Shown here piece by piece: positions 29,539-42,116 of a DNA stretch of 47,773 bases (positions are counted from its first letter, which is position 1; every line of letters begins with the position of its first letter). This stretch comes from a phage. The notes beneath the pieces are model-generated. The model did no database searches. It was given only the letters and a program-made list of their open reading frames with translations, and had not been told where the DNA came from. The DNA is taken from assembly GCA_036604865.1 (NCBI GenBank), contig GCA_036604865.1_4856.1. One strand, written 5' to 3'. The position numbers and the translations under genes are program-made.

Positions 29539-29613
29539 AAATTGACCCTTGATTGTTGGTGTAGATTGAGTATAAGCTAACTGACGTAGAAACATCAACA
29601 AAGGTTAGTTGCT

Positions 29614-31539
29614 ATGACGCATAAAATAGACAAGATGATTTCAGAGATTGACATTAACTTACTGAAATCCTGCTTGGATACTGGTGATATCGAGCCAAGA
29701 CCCTATCAGTGGTTGATATATAAGTTAACTGGTGATGTGATTCGTCATTATGTTGGCCCGAGCTATGTAACGGCAAGTGTAGGTAGTGGAAAGTCACTGA
29801 TGATTGCCATGATAGCAAAGCGTTTTCAGGAAATGGGATATTCAGGGATGATTTTATCAAGACAGGGAGAAATAGTGGAGCAGGATGCGGAAGAGCTATG
29901 GTCGCTTGGTGTTAGAAACTCGCTATTCAGTGCTTCGTTGGGTAGGAAAAGTTCTACTTATCCAATAATCTGTGGTTCTGAGGGTACTGTTATAAATGCT
30001 TTGTTTGATAAAAAGGATGAGTCAGGGAATGTTATTGCAAAAGGTGCGCTCTCTGACTTTTGCCCAAGATTCCTGCTTATCGATGAAAATCATATGGTTA
30101 ATGACATTGATGTTGTTAATAATGGTGATACGCAGTATGCAGTGATAATTAATGAGCTAATGAAAAGGTGCAAAGATAAGCACGGCCATGAGTTGAGAAT
30201 AATAGGTTATACAGGCTCACCGTTTCGCGGAACTACATCAATAAAAGGCGCTTTCTGGAAGAAGGAGATTATCAACATAGACACCAAATACATGGTTGAA
30301 AACGGTTTTCTTGTGCCAACAATTTTTGGTCTTCATGATGTTGATAGTCTGCATTATGACCTTTCAGATTTTCATGGTTCAGATGTTGATGGCACTCAGG
30401 ACTTTACCTCCGAGCAGCTCAAGCAGATGCAAAAAGAAATTCTTGAGCAAGGTACGTTGACGCAGAAAATCATGCTCAAGGTTATGGAGTTGACTAAAAA
30501 CAGAAACGGCGTACTGATTACATGTGCTGGTAAAAAACATTGTCAGGAGGCGGCAAAATACCTACCAGAAGGGAGTTATTCAATAGTTACAGAAGATATG
30601 GGGTCAAAAGCCAGAAGGAAGGCTCTAAAAGATGCATACACCGGGCGCAAAAAATTCACATTCCAGATAGCCGCCCTTACCACTGGCGTAAATATACCGT
30701 TATGGGATACGAGCTGCATATTACGAAAAATAATGTCGCTCACCCTTCTTGTTCAGTTGCTTGGTCGCGGAATGCGCCTGCTGAAGAAAGAGCAAATTGA
30801 TGCCGGGTATCATAAAGAAGACCATTTGGTTCTTGATTTCTCTGGCACGATGTTTGAGCTTGGTCAGTTATATGAAGACCCAATTCTGGAAGAAGCTGAA
30901 GCGCAGCGTTCAAAACGCATTGGTGAACAGGTTCCGTGTCCGAAATGTGGAACAATGAACAGCCCATATGCGCGCCGCTGCATTGGCAAAGATGCATTGT
31001 CGACAGATGGTAGATGCGAAGAGTTTTTCAGTTACATTCGCTGTGGATTTGACAAGCACGGAATCCGTATTTTTGATGATGGCTGCGGCACTAAAAACGA
31101 CCCTACAGCTCGCTATTGCAGACATTGCGATCACGTTTTGCGTGACCCGAATGCGGCACTGAATGAGCGTGCGTATACAGATAATGAGTGGGCTGATGTT
31201 ATGGATTTCAAAGTCCAGTTAACGAAGGATGGAGATGGGATTTTGTATCGCTACTGGATTAATCGTTGTGATGGCAAAGAGGGATGGGCTAATGAGGTTT
31301 TCTATCCATACGGCGGCGCAACTCACATGAAAAACATGTTCAAGGCGAAGGCCATCTTCCCTCACCTTGATGATAAATCAATGGCTGGGAGAATCCTGAA
31401 ATGCCAGAACGCAAAACAATTCATGATGTATGCGGGGTTAATTAAAGCGCCAAAACGCATCACGCATCGGATTAATGATAAAGGTCGCGACATTATCCAC
31501 AGAAAAGAATTTAAAGGAGAACAAAGTGAAGCAGCTTGA
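29614..31539 (+). CDS. superfamily 2 DNA helicase (DExH-type)
   Basis: Walker A ASVGSGKS, motif II LLIDENH, C-terminal Cys-rich zinc-finger-like region; 641 aa. Confidence 0.75.
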   Translation: MTHKIDKMISEIDINLLKSCLDTGDIEPRPYQWLIYKLTGDVIRHYVGPSYVTASVGSGKSLMIAMIAKRFQEMGYSGMILSRQGEIVEQDAEELWSLGVRNSLFSASLGRKSSTYPIICGSEGTVINALFDKKDESGNVIAKGALSDFCPRFLLIDENHMVNDIDVVNNGDTQYAVIINELMKRCKDKHGHELRIIGYTGSPFRGTTSIKGAFWKKEIINIDTKYMVENGFLVPTIFGLHDVDSLHYDLSDFHGSDVDGTQDFTSEQLKQMQKEILEQGTLTQKIMLKVMELTKNRNGVLITCAGKKHCQEAAKYLPEGSYSIVTEDMGSKARRKALKDAYTGRKKFTFQIAALTTGVNIPLWDTSCILRKIMSLTLLVQLLGRGMRLLKKEQIDAGYHKEDHLVLDFSGTMFELGQLYEDPILEEAEAQRSKRIGEQVPCPKCGTMNSPYARRCIGKDALSTDGRCEEFFSYIRCGFDKHGIRIFDDGCGTKNDPTARYCRHCDHVLRDPNAALNERAYTDNEWADVMDFKVQLTKDGDGILYRYWINRCDGKEGWANEVFYPYGGATHMKNMFKAKAIFPHLDDKSMAGRILKCQNAKQFMMYAGLIKAPKRITHRINDKGRDIIHRKEFKGEQSEAA

Positions 31540-31942
31540 CAGCGGTATATGGGTATTTGATAGCGGTTATCGTGGTGAGTGTCCGAAAGAAGAGACTGAG
31601 CAGATGATGTACGGTTGCTGGATGGACTATCAATTCCCAAATGCAATATGGTTTCACGTTCCAAACGAGACGGGAACAAAAAGCGGACCTCAGTTCGTTC
31701 TTAAACGCCAGAAAATGGGCGTAAAACGAGGCGTTAGCGATGTAATCATACTAAGTAATGGTGTAGCTCATTGCGGAGCAGTAATGGAGCTTAAGCGAGC
31801 TGACAGAACAAAATCAAAGGTATCAAAAGAGCAAGCTACGTTTCTTGAGAAGGTGGCTGATCAAGGAAAGTTCGCGGCCATAGCCTACGGCGCTGAGCAA
31901 TTAAAAAAAGCTACACTTTTCTATTTTGGAGTTGACAAGTAA
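31526..31942 (+). CDS. VRR-NUC domain nuclease
   Basis: PD-(D/E)xK-type core GVSDVIIL...MELK; GTG start at 31526 after SD aggag (ORF track 31475-31942). Confidence 0.55.
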   Translation: MKQLDSGIWVFDSGYRGECPKEETEQMMYGCWMDYQFPNAIWFHVPNETGTKSGPQFVLKRQKMGVKRGVSDVIILSNGVAHCGAVMELKRADRTKSKVSKEQATFLEKVADQGKFAAIAYGAEQLKKATLFYFGVDK

Positions 31943-31984
31943 ATCATACCACTTTACAATCCAATCATACCAAAGAGGTGTCGC

Positions 31985-32488
31985 ATGGATAAAGAATATG
32001 TAGATGAATGGCTTGTTGTTAATGCGGATGAGGGCACTGTTTTTTGGCGAAAGAGTAGAGGGCTAGCGAAAGCAGGTAATTCTGCAATACATAAACATGA
32101 AATCACTTCCAGAGGAGGAGCGAAATACAAAGTTATATCATTCGGAAGGAGACAGTGGTTATTACATAGATTTATCTGGACGTATGTTAACGGTGAAATA
32201 CCTGATGGAATGGTTATCGATCACATTGATGGAGACACAAGCAATAATTCAATAAAAAACTTAAGAATTGCCAGTAGGTCTGAGAGTTCATTTAACAAAG
32301 GGATGTTTAAAAATAACACATCTGGCGTAAAGGGTGTTTATTGGGATAAGAGAAATAAGAAGTGGATGGCGTACGGAAGAATAAATGGAAGGATGAAAAA
32401 TCTTGGAAGGTATTCCTCAATTGAGGATGCTAGAAATGCCGCAGATACATTCAGGCGAGTTAATTTTAAGGAATTTTACAGGCGGTGA
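31985..32488 (+). CDS. HNH homing endonuclease with AP2 DNA-binding domain
   Basis: HNH_3-type motif VIDHIDGDTSNNSIKNLR followed by AP2-like GVKGVYWDKRNKKWMAYGRINGRMKNLGRYSSIEDARNAA. Confidence 0.65.
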   Translation: MDKEYVDEWLVVNADEGTVFWRKSRGLAKAGNSAIHKHEITSRGGAKYKVISFGRRQWLLHRFIWTYVNGEIPDGMVIDHIDGDTSNNSIKNLRIASRSESSFNKGMFKNNTSGVKGVYWDKRNKKWMAYGRINGRMKNLGRYSSIEDARNAADTFRRVNFKEFYRR

Positions 32489-32491
32489 ATA

Positions 32492-33430
32492 ATGAGAGTT
32501 TATTTTAACAATGAATTAAGCAATCATGATTACCACGCCGACACAGAGCACATTAATGGTTCTGGTTTGTGGAACATTTATGACAGATGTCCCGCAGCTT
32601 GGCGCTACAAAGACGAAGAAGATGAGCAATCAAAAGCTCTTGTCTTCGGAACTGGCAGCCATACAGCCCTGCTTGAACCTGAGCGTTTTGATGATGAATA
32701 TGCTCGTATGCCAACCAAAGAAGATTTTGGTGATGACCTGCTTGTTACTGTAAGCGATATGAACTCATGGGCGAAAGAGCGTGGCATCAAGGGACTTTCA
32801 GGGAAGTCGAAATCTGAGGTAATCAAAATCATTCAGGCGACTGGCGAACAGGTGAAGATTTACGATGTTATCCGTGAAGAAGCTGAAAAAGCCGCAGCGG
32901 GAAAGAAAATGCTGGAAGGTGGTGATTATGACGCCATTCAGCAAATGCGTGCTGTAATCCACGCAAACAGCTATTACAGCAGTCTTCTTGCTGGTGCTTA
33001 TGCTGAGGTGTCAATTCTTGGTGAGCTTAATGGAGAGAAAGCAAAGGTTCGTTTTGACTGTCTGACAAAAGGTGGTGACATCATTGACTACAAGACAGCG
33101 GTTAGCGCCAAGCCTGATGAGTTTTTCCGACATGCTGCGCGACTTGGCTACTTTATGAAAATGGCGATGCAACACGATATGTTTGTTGCAGCATATGGTC
33201 ACGCGCCGCGTTCGGTAAATCTTTTAGTTCAGGAAAAGAAAGCTCCATTCATTCCTGCGTTAATTCGATTAACGGAAGAGCAATTGCATATAGGTCGAAT
33301 TCAGTTGAATGGTGCTATGGAAATTTACAAGGCGTGCAAAAAAGCCAATTCATGGCCGGGTTACTCAATGGGTAATCCCGTCATCGAAATGGAAACGCCT
33401 GAATGGTTCAAGAAGCAATTTAATTTATAA
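32492..33430 (+). CDS. PD-(D/E)xK recombination exonuclease (RecE-like)
   Basis: ALVFGTGSHTALLEPERF and DCLTKGGDIIDYKT motifs; adjacent to recombination ATPase and SSB. Confidence 0.55.
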   Translation: MRVYFNNELSNHDYHADTEHINGSGLWNIYDRCPAAWRYKDEEDEQSKALVFGTGSHTALLEPERFDDEYARMPTKEDFGDDLLVTVSDMNSWAKERGIKGLSGKSKSEVIKIIQATGEQVKIYDVIREEAEKAAAGKKMLEGGDYDAIQQMRAVIHANSYYSSLLAGAYAEVSILGELNGEKAKVRFDCLTKGGDIIDYKTAVSAKPDEFFRHAARLGYFMKMAMQHDMFVAAYGHAPRSVNLLVQEKKAPFIPALIRLTEEQLHIGRIQLNGAMEIYKACKKANSWPGYSMGNPVIEMETPEWFKKQFNL

Positions 33431-33447
33431 TTAGTGAGGTGATGCAA

Positions 33448-34488
33448 ATGGGTATTCTTAATATTAAACCAGCAGAGCGTTCCGGTTCTCGCGTGGTCAT
33501 CGGTATCTCAGGTCAGTCTGGTAGCGGAAAAACATATAGCGCACTTAAGCTGGCGCGAGGCATGGTTGATTCACCAGAAGAAATCGGATTCCTTGACACT
33601 GAGAATGGTCGCGGTCGCCTGTACTCAAACATCCTTGATGGTAAATTCCTGCACGCTGACATGTATGCACCATTCAGCCCTGCACGTTACCGTCAGGCCA
33701 TTGAAGAATTTCAGGCTGCAGGAGTTAAGGTTCTCGTTATTGATTCAGGTTCACACGAATGGGAAGGGGAAGGCAGTTGCACGGAGATTGCTGAAAAGCC
33801 ACTGCTTAACGGAAAAAAGATGGCTGACTGGAAGCGCGCCAAAGCTGAACACAAGAAGTTCATGAACGCCATGCTGCAAAGCAATATGCATATCATTGTC
33901 TGTCTTCGCGCTCGCCAGAAAACTGACTTCGCAAACCCGAAGGAACCTGTATCACTTGGATTGCAGCCAGTGTGCGAGAAAGATTTCATGTTCGAGATGA
34001 CCGTGAGCATGATGATGCACGATGGAGGCAAAATTCAGGAGTTCACCAAACTACCAGAAGAACTACGCCCAATCTTCTTTGAGTCTGGTCGTGAAAGTGT
34101 TCGTCATGGATACATTGGCGAGGCTCACGGTCGCGGACTCATCAAATGGGTGGACTCTGGCGTTAAAGTTGACGAAGAGTTTGAATCATGGCGATCACGA
34201 CTTCAGCTTTCAGCCGCAAAAGGCATGGAAGGCTTGAAGGAAGAAGCAAAATCAATACCTGACAACCTGAAAGATAAGATTCGCGCAATCTGGCCTTCTC
34301 TGGCCGCTTCTGCTGCAGAATACGATCGCATTGAGTCTTTCATCAATGATGAGCAATTATCTCCTGTGGTAATAACTCCGCAGGATAAATTCAACCCTGC
34401 AAAACTGGCTAAACCACAACATCATCAGCCAGAACAGCAGGAAGAAACAAAAACCGAACATAAACCAACTCCAATTGAAGGATTTTAA
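33448..34488 (+). CDS. RecA-like recombination ATPase (Sak4-like)
   Basis: Walker A GISGQSGSGKT, Walker B LVIDS; ATG at 33448 after SD tgagg (ORF track 33439). Confidence 0.55.
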   Translation: MGILNIKPAERSGSRVVIGISGQSGSGKTYSALKLARGMVDSPEEIGFLDTENGRGRLYSNILDGKFLHADMYAPFSPARYRQAIEEFQAAGVKVLVIDSGSHEWEGEGSCTEIAEKPLLNGKKMADWKRAKAEHKKFMNAMLQSNMHIIVCLRARQKTDFANPKEPVSLGLQPVCEKDFMFEMTVSMMMHDGGKIQEFTKLPEELRPIFFESGRESVRHGYIGEAHGRGLIKWVDSGVKVDEEFESWRSRLQLSAAKGMEGLKEEAKSIPDNLKDKIRAIWPSLAASAAEYDRIESFINDEQLSPVVITPQDKFNPAKLAKPQHHQPEQQEETKTEHKPTPIEGF

Positions 34489-34491
34489 TAA

Positions 34492-34986
34492 ATGGCACGC
34501 GGCGTAAATAAAGTAATTATTGTCGGCACTCTCGGTAACGACCCTGAAGTTAAATATTCTGCATCAGGATCTGCAATTGCTAATCTTTCTGTTGCAACAT
34601 CTGAGCAGTGGAAAGATAAACAAACAGGAGAAAAGAAAGAACAGACTGAATGGCATCGCGTAGTCATCTTCGGGAAACTTGCAGAAGTTGCAGGAGAATA
34701 CCTTCGAAAAGGTTCGCAGGTTTACATCGAAGGACAACTTCGCACTCGTAAATGGTCTGACAGCAACGGCATTGACCGATATACAACGGAGATTGTCATT
34801 CCGCAGATGGATGGCGTAATGCAGATGCTTGGCGGTAAGCGTGATGATTCTGGTCAGCAACAACACCAGCAATCAGGACAACAACCGCAACGACAGCAAC
34901 GACAGCAACAGCAGCCACCAAAACAACAAATCCCACAAGGAGGCAATGAGCCTCCGATGGACTTCGACGATTCAATACCATTCTGA
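34492..34986 (+). CDS. ssb: single-stranded DNA-binding protein
   Basis: OB-fold N-terminus [16 protein letters not shown]...[14 protein letters not shown], Gln-rich linker, acidic tail DFDDSIPF. Confidence 0.9.
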   Translation: MARGVNKVIIVGTLGNDPEVKYSASGSAIANLSVATSEQWKDKQTGEKKEQTEWHRVVIFGKLAEVAGEYLRKGSQVYIEGQLRTRKWSDSNGIDRYTTEIVIPQMDGVMQMLGGKRDDSGQQQHQQSGQQPQRQQRQQQQPPKQQIPQGGNEPPMDFDDSIPF

Positions 34987-35236
34987 TGATAAAACTAACC
35001 CCGCCGAAGCGGGGTTGTGTCACTTACTTACCCGCAATTCCCACCAGTAAAGTTTCGAGGGATTCAATCGTTACTCCAGTCTGACTAGAAGCAGCTCACC
35101 TGATTCATTCATAATATTACCGTAGTTGTAAAGTTAGGAACCCAAATAGGGTCGTATCATAAGATGACTCTTAGATAATACTTAGCATGATGGAGTACAC
35201 CCAGACATAGTGTCTGGTATTACCTGCGAGGTAACT

Positions 35237-35812
35237 ATGTCTATCAAAGATATTTTCCAGAGTGGTAAGGATGTTGTATGTAAAATGAAGGGTGGTTTGC
35301 TGGTCGTGGGGAGTTATGGGGAACGAATAGTTTCTGCTAATAGCATCTCAGAGATTCCTCCAGAACTTCTACCTTTCCCGCCAACAGAGTTAGAAGATAC
35401 TTTCCTCCTGGATTTGTATGCATGGACGGGGAACCAAGCAGTAAATGATCAGTCTTGGTTCAATTACTTTTCATTACCAGGGATATCTAAATCACCTGGG
35501 GGTACAGCAGCTTTAACTATTGAGGAGGGTAATCTTAAGTTCCCTGTTAGAACCAGGAACACCCAAGTGATGTTCAGTGTTCGTATCTCAGGAACTATTG
35601 CAGGAGGTGCTGGTACAGCAAGAGAATGGAGAACACAAGCAAGACGAACCAATGGAACTACGGTAGTGGGTTCAGGCGCTAGTGTTAAAGTACAGGGTAC
35701 GGACATTGCTAACAGAGATAACGTATTAGCTACTTACACACTTGGTTCAACGGACCATTTCATGGTAGATGGTATTCAGTTAGGTATGTTTATAATATCT
35801 CTGGGTAAGTAA
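35237..35812 (+). CDS. hypothetical protein
   Basis: ORF track 35210-35812; likely start MSIKDIFQ at 35237; convergent with the tailspike gene; no motif recognised. Confidence 0.45.
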   Translation: MSIKDIFQSGKDVVCKMKGGLLVVGSYGERIVSANSISEIPPELLPFPPTELEDTFLLDLYAWTGNQAVNDQSWFNYFSLPGISKSPGGTAALTIEEGNLKFPVRTRNTQVMFSVRISGTIAGGAGTAREWRTQARRTNGTTVVGSGASVKVQGTDIANRDNVLATYTLGSTDHFMVDGIQLGMFIISLGK

Positions 35813-35865
35813 TCACCTTAACAGCAGTATCTATTAGGGTAATGCAAACGGTAAACGCTATATAA

Positions 35866-35900
35866 GAAAAGGCCCCGTGAGGGGCCTTAGTTATTTTTAT
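35866..35900. terminator. bidirectional rho-independent terminator (aggcccc-gtga-ggggcct, T-runs on both sides)
   Basis: Hairpin 35870-35887 between convergent genes ending at 35812 and 35903. Confidence 0.55.
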
Positions 35901-35902
35901 TT

Positions 35903-38275
35903 CTACCCCCTATCCGCCCACCAACCAGTACTCGTTCTGTAAAGCATAATAGCCGCCGCCGAAAGCGTCTTATTAACGCGGATGCGTCTTTCAATAGGTA
36001 TTGATGTACTCTCCTGCAAGGTAATCGGCTGAGAAGACGTAGTGCTGACTAATAATACTTTATCCGCATTACCCGTTATCTCATTCAGGGTCATGCTAGC
36101 GCTTAGATAATAAATACCTGCGTTGTTTGAGTTTATGAATGTTGTTGGAGTTGAAACGGTTAGTGTCACTGCCGAGGTTGAGAGCTGCACTGCCGAGCCG
36201 AAAATGTTGGCTTTGAGCGTACGAGAATCTGAATTCCAGAACAGACTCAATTGAGGGATGTCATAAGAAGCACATAAAGCATTTTCCTGTGAACCAATAA
36301 CCGACGGTAACTTCCCCCAACTTTTTGCATAGTTACTAACGCCAGAAAATGCCCCGATAGCCCGGTGTTTAACCCTCAAGAAATTGAAAGTGTTTTGGCC
36401 TTCTGTGATAGACATAAAACCACCAGAACCAACTGGGGTTATTGTGCTGTACCCCGTATAGAGTCCTGGGTCATCAAACATAGTTCCTGTGAACTCAGTC
36501 CAGGAAACCCCGTTATTAGTTGAAACCCATGTCCTTAAATCATTTCTGAATCGATAGTCGTGGTTGTCACCTGTCGGCGCAGTTACGAGCAACACATCAC
36601 GGGAGTCACCATTAGACATTGATGAATATAAGCACATGCCCGCTTTACAATTCGTGGTGTCAATAGATGACTGATAAATCCAATTTACGGAGTCAAAACT
36701 TCGATAGACACGCTGCCGCCCTTTTGTGACGCTGGTGTCGTCGTTATAATAATCACGGATTAGCGCCAGAAGAGATCCATCCCCAAGCTGGGTTATCTGT
36801 AGTTCACCAGCCCCGTTAGACCCTTCTGTCCCACCAGCCAGGATGAGTTGACGATTGTATTTGAAAGTCCCATCGGCGTTTTCAGAAACACGGATATAGC
36901 CGTGATAGAAAACGCCACCATTGAGAATCCAGGCATAAGGGACAAGAAGGTCTCCGTCTCCGGTTACGCAGAGAGGAGATGGAGAGAACCAGGCAGAAGT
37001 AGCATTTTCGGGCTTAACTGAGGTGGTAATATTTACCGGGTTAGTCCATTGGGTGCCGTAGTTATCGCTATAGGTCATCCAGTTCTGGAAAGTAGTGTTA
37101 GGGTCGAAACCAGTAGAGCCATGTCCTACCCCTACCCTGCCGCGCGCGGTGGTATAGAAACACCAGATGCGTCCCCTTTTGTGGTCAAAAGCAAAGCATG
37201 GTTCTGCTGCTTGCTGCTCCCCTTCTGTTGAAATAACAATTGGCGGGTCAAAAGATAGATTGTTGTTTGAGTTTCTAATCTCTATTCTTGACGTTTGGTT
37301 CGCATCTTGACCGGGGTCAAAAGATGTACCAACCAGCACTGTGTACATAAGAAAAACGCGGTTGTTAAATGAGGTGTGAACCATCGACGGCTCTCGATAG
37401 AACTCACCAGTATTTGCGGTGATAGTAGTGTAATTATCTGAATACAAGATGCCACCAGTATTTTTATTAATATATACTGGAAGATTTTTTTGGACTGAGT
37501 CCTGCCCGACGGGTAGAATTTTTACCGTGCCTGACCCGGTGATAGTGACTTCACCATCTGTGGTGTATGTCGGGGCGAGATTTGACTCAATTTTATAAGT
37601 ACCAGTGGGGATTAGAGCCCCGCCAGCCTGGATAAATGCTGCGGTAGAATCGGCAACGCCTGTCCTGTCAGCCCCAAAATCGATCACATTAAACGGTGAG
37701 GTAGCCTTTATCGCTGACATGGCAGAAGGTGAGTCGATCAATATCCGCCACTGCGTACCGCCACCAGTAGTTACCGTATCCCCTGCCTTAAGGGTTACCG
37801 TCTGACCGCTAGATGTAGTCCCGGTAAAAATGTCACCTACGGTATTGAATGTTAATCCAGAAAGAGAACCCAGCTGTCCACGTAATGCTGCATCACCAAC
37901 ACCAATCCACGCACCAACACCAATACCACCAGATGTTTCTGGAGTTGATCCGGCAGGAACAGTTTTAGGAAACTCACCGTCCCAGCGGTAATACTCTCCA
38001 TTGGTTTCATCCTGCAAAACATGATTTGGAAGAGTTAATTCATTGTTAGGAAGTGGCGCGCCAAGCTGAAAGCTCTTTAAAGTGATATATCCATAGTTGC
38101 GGATAGCTTCTTCTGCTGTGTACTGAAATCCAGCAATTGTCCAGCGGCGAACTCCGAACCTGTCGGTGTAGTAATGCGCGTCAGATGTCACTACCTCGTC
38201 GATTTTCCCTGCATTAAATTTAAGGTCGCGCGGGTCTTCTGATGGGATTGGTTTATTGGTTGGTGTGGTAGCCAT
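35903..38275 (-). CDS. tailspike / tail fibre protein with Asp-box (BNR) repeats, probable glycan hydrolase
   Basis: 790 aa, last gene of the tail operon; degenerate Asp boxes YSDNYGTQW and STNNGVSWT; SD aggag before ATG. Confidence 0.6.
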   Translation of the reverse strand: MATTPTNKPIPSEDPRDLKFNAGKIDEVVTSDAHYYTDRFGVRRWTIAGFQYTAEEAIRNYGYITLKSFQLGAPLPNNELTLPNHVLQDETNGEYYRWDGEFPKTVPAGSTPETSGGIGVGAWIGVGDAALRGQLGSLSGLTFNTVGDIFTGTTSSGQTVTLKAGDTVTTGGGTQWRILIDSPSAMSAIKATSPFNVIDFGADRTGVADSTAAFIQAGGALIPTGTYKIESNLAPTYTTDGEVTITGSGTVKILPVGQDSVQKNLPVYINKNTGGILYSDNYTTITANTGEFYREPSMVHTSFNNRVFLMYTVLVGTSFDPGQDANQTSRIEIRNSNNNLSFDPPIVISTEGEQQAAEPCFAFDHKRGRIWCFYTTARGRVGVGHGSTGFDPNTTFQNWMTYSDNYGTQWTNPVNITTSVKPENATSAWFSPSPLCVTGDGDLLVPYAWILNGGVFYHGYIRVSENADGTFKYNRQLILAGGTEGSNGAGELQITQLGDGSLLALIRDYYNDDTSVTKGRQRVYRSFDSVNWIYQSSIDTTNCKAGMCLYSSMSNGDSRDVLLVTAPTGDNHDYRFRNDLRTWVSTNNGVSWTEFTGTMFDDPGLYTGYSTITPVGSGGFMSITEGQNTFNFLRVKHRAIGAFSGVSNYAKSWGKLPSVIGSQENALCASYDIPQLSLFWNSDSRTLKANIFGSAVQLSTSAVTLTVSTPTTFINSNNAGIYYLSASMTLNEITGNADKVLLVSTTSSQPITLQESTSIPIERRIRVNKTLSAAAIMLYRTSTGWWADRG

Positions 38276-38314
38276 TATAATAAATGCTCCTTTGTGAATT
38301 TGATGTATATTGTA

Positions 38315-42115
<3,801 letters not shown>

Positions 42116-42116
<1 letters not shown>

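Noticed and set aside
34997-35016. Hairpin after the SSB gene as a plus-strand terminator
   Set aside because: GC stem is present but the following sequence (tgtgtcac) is not U-rich; at best a weak or minus-strand element.
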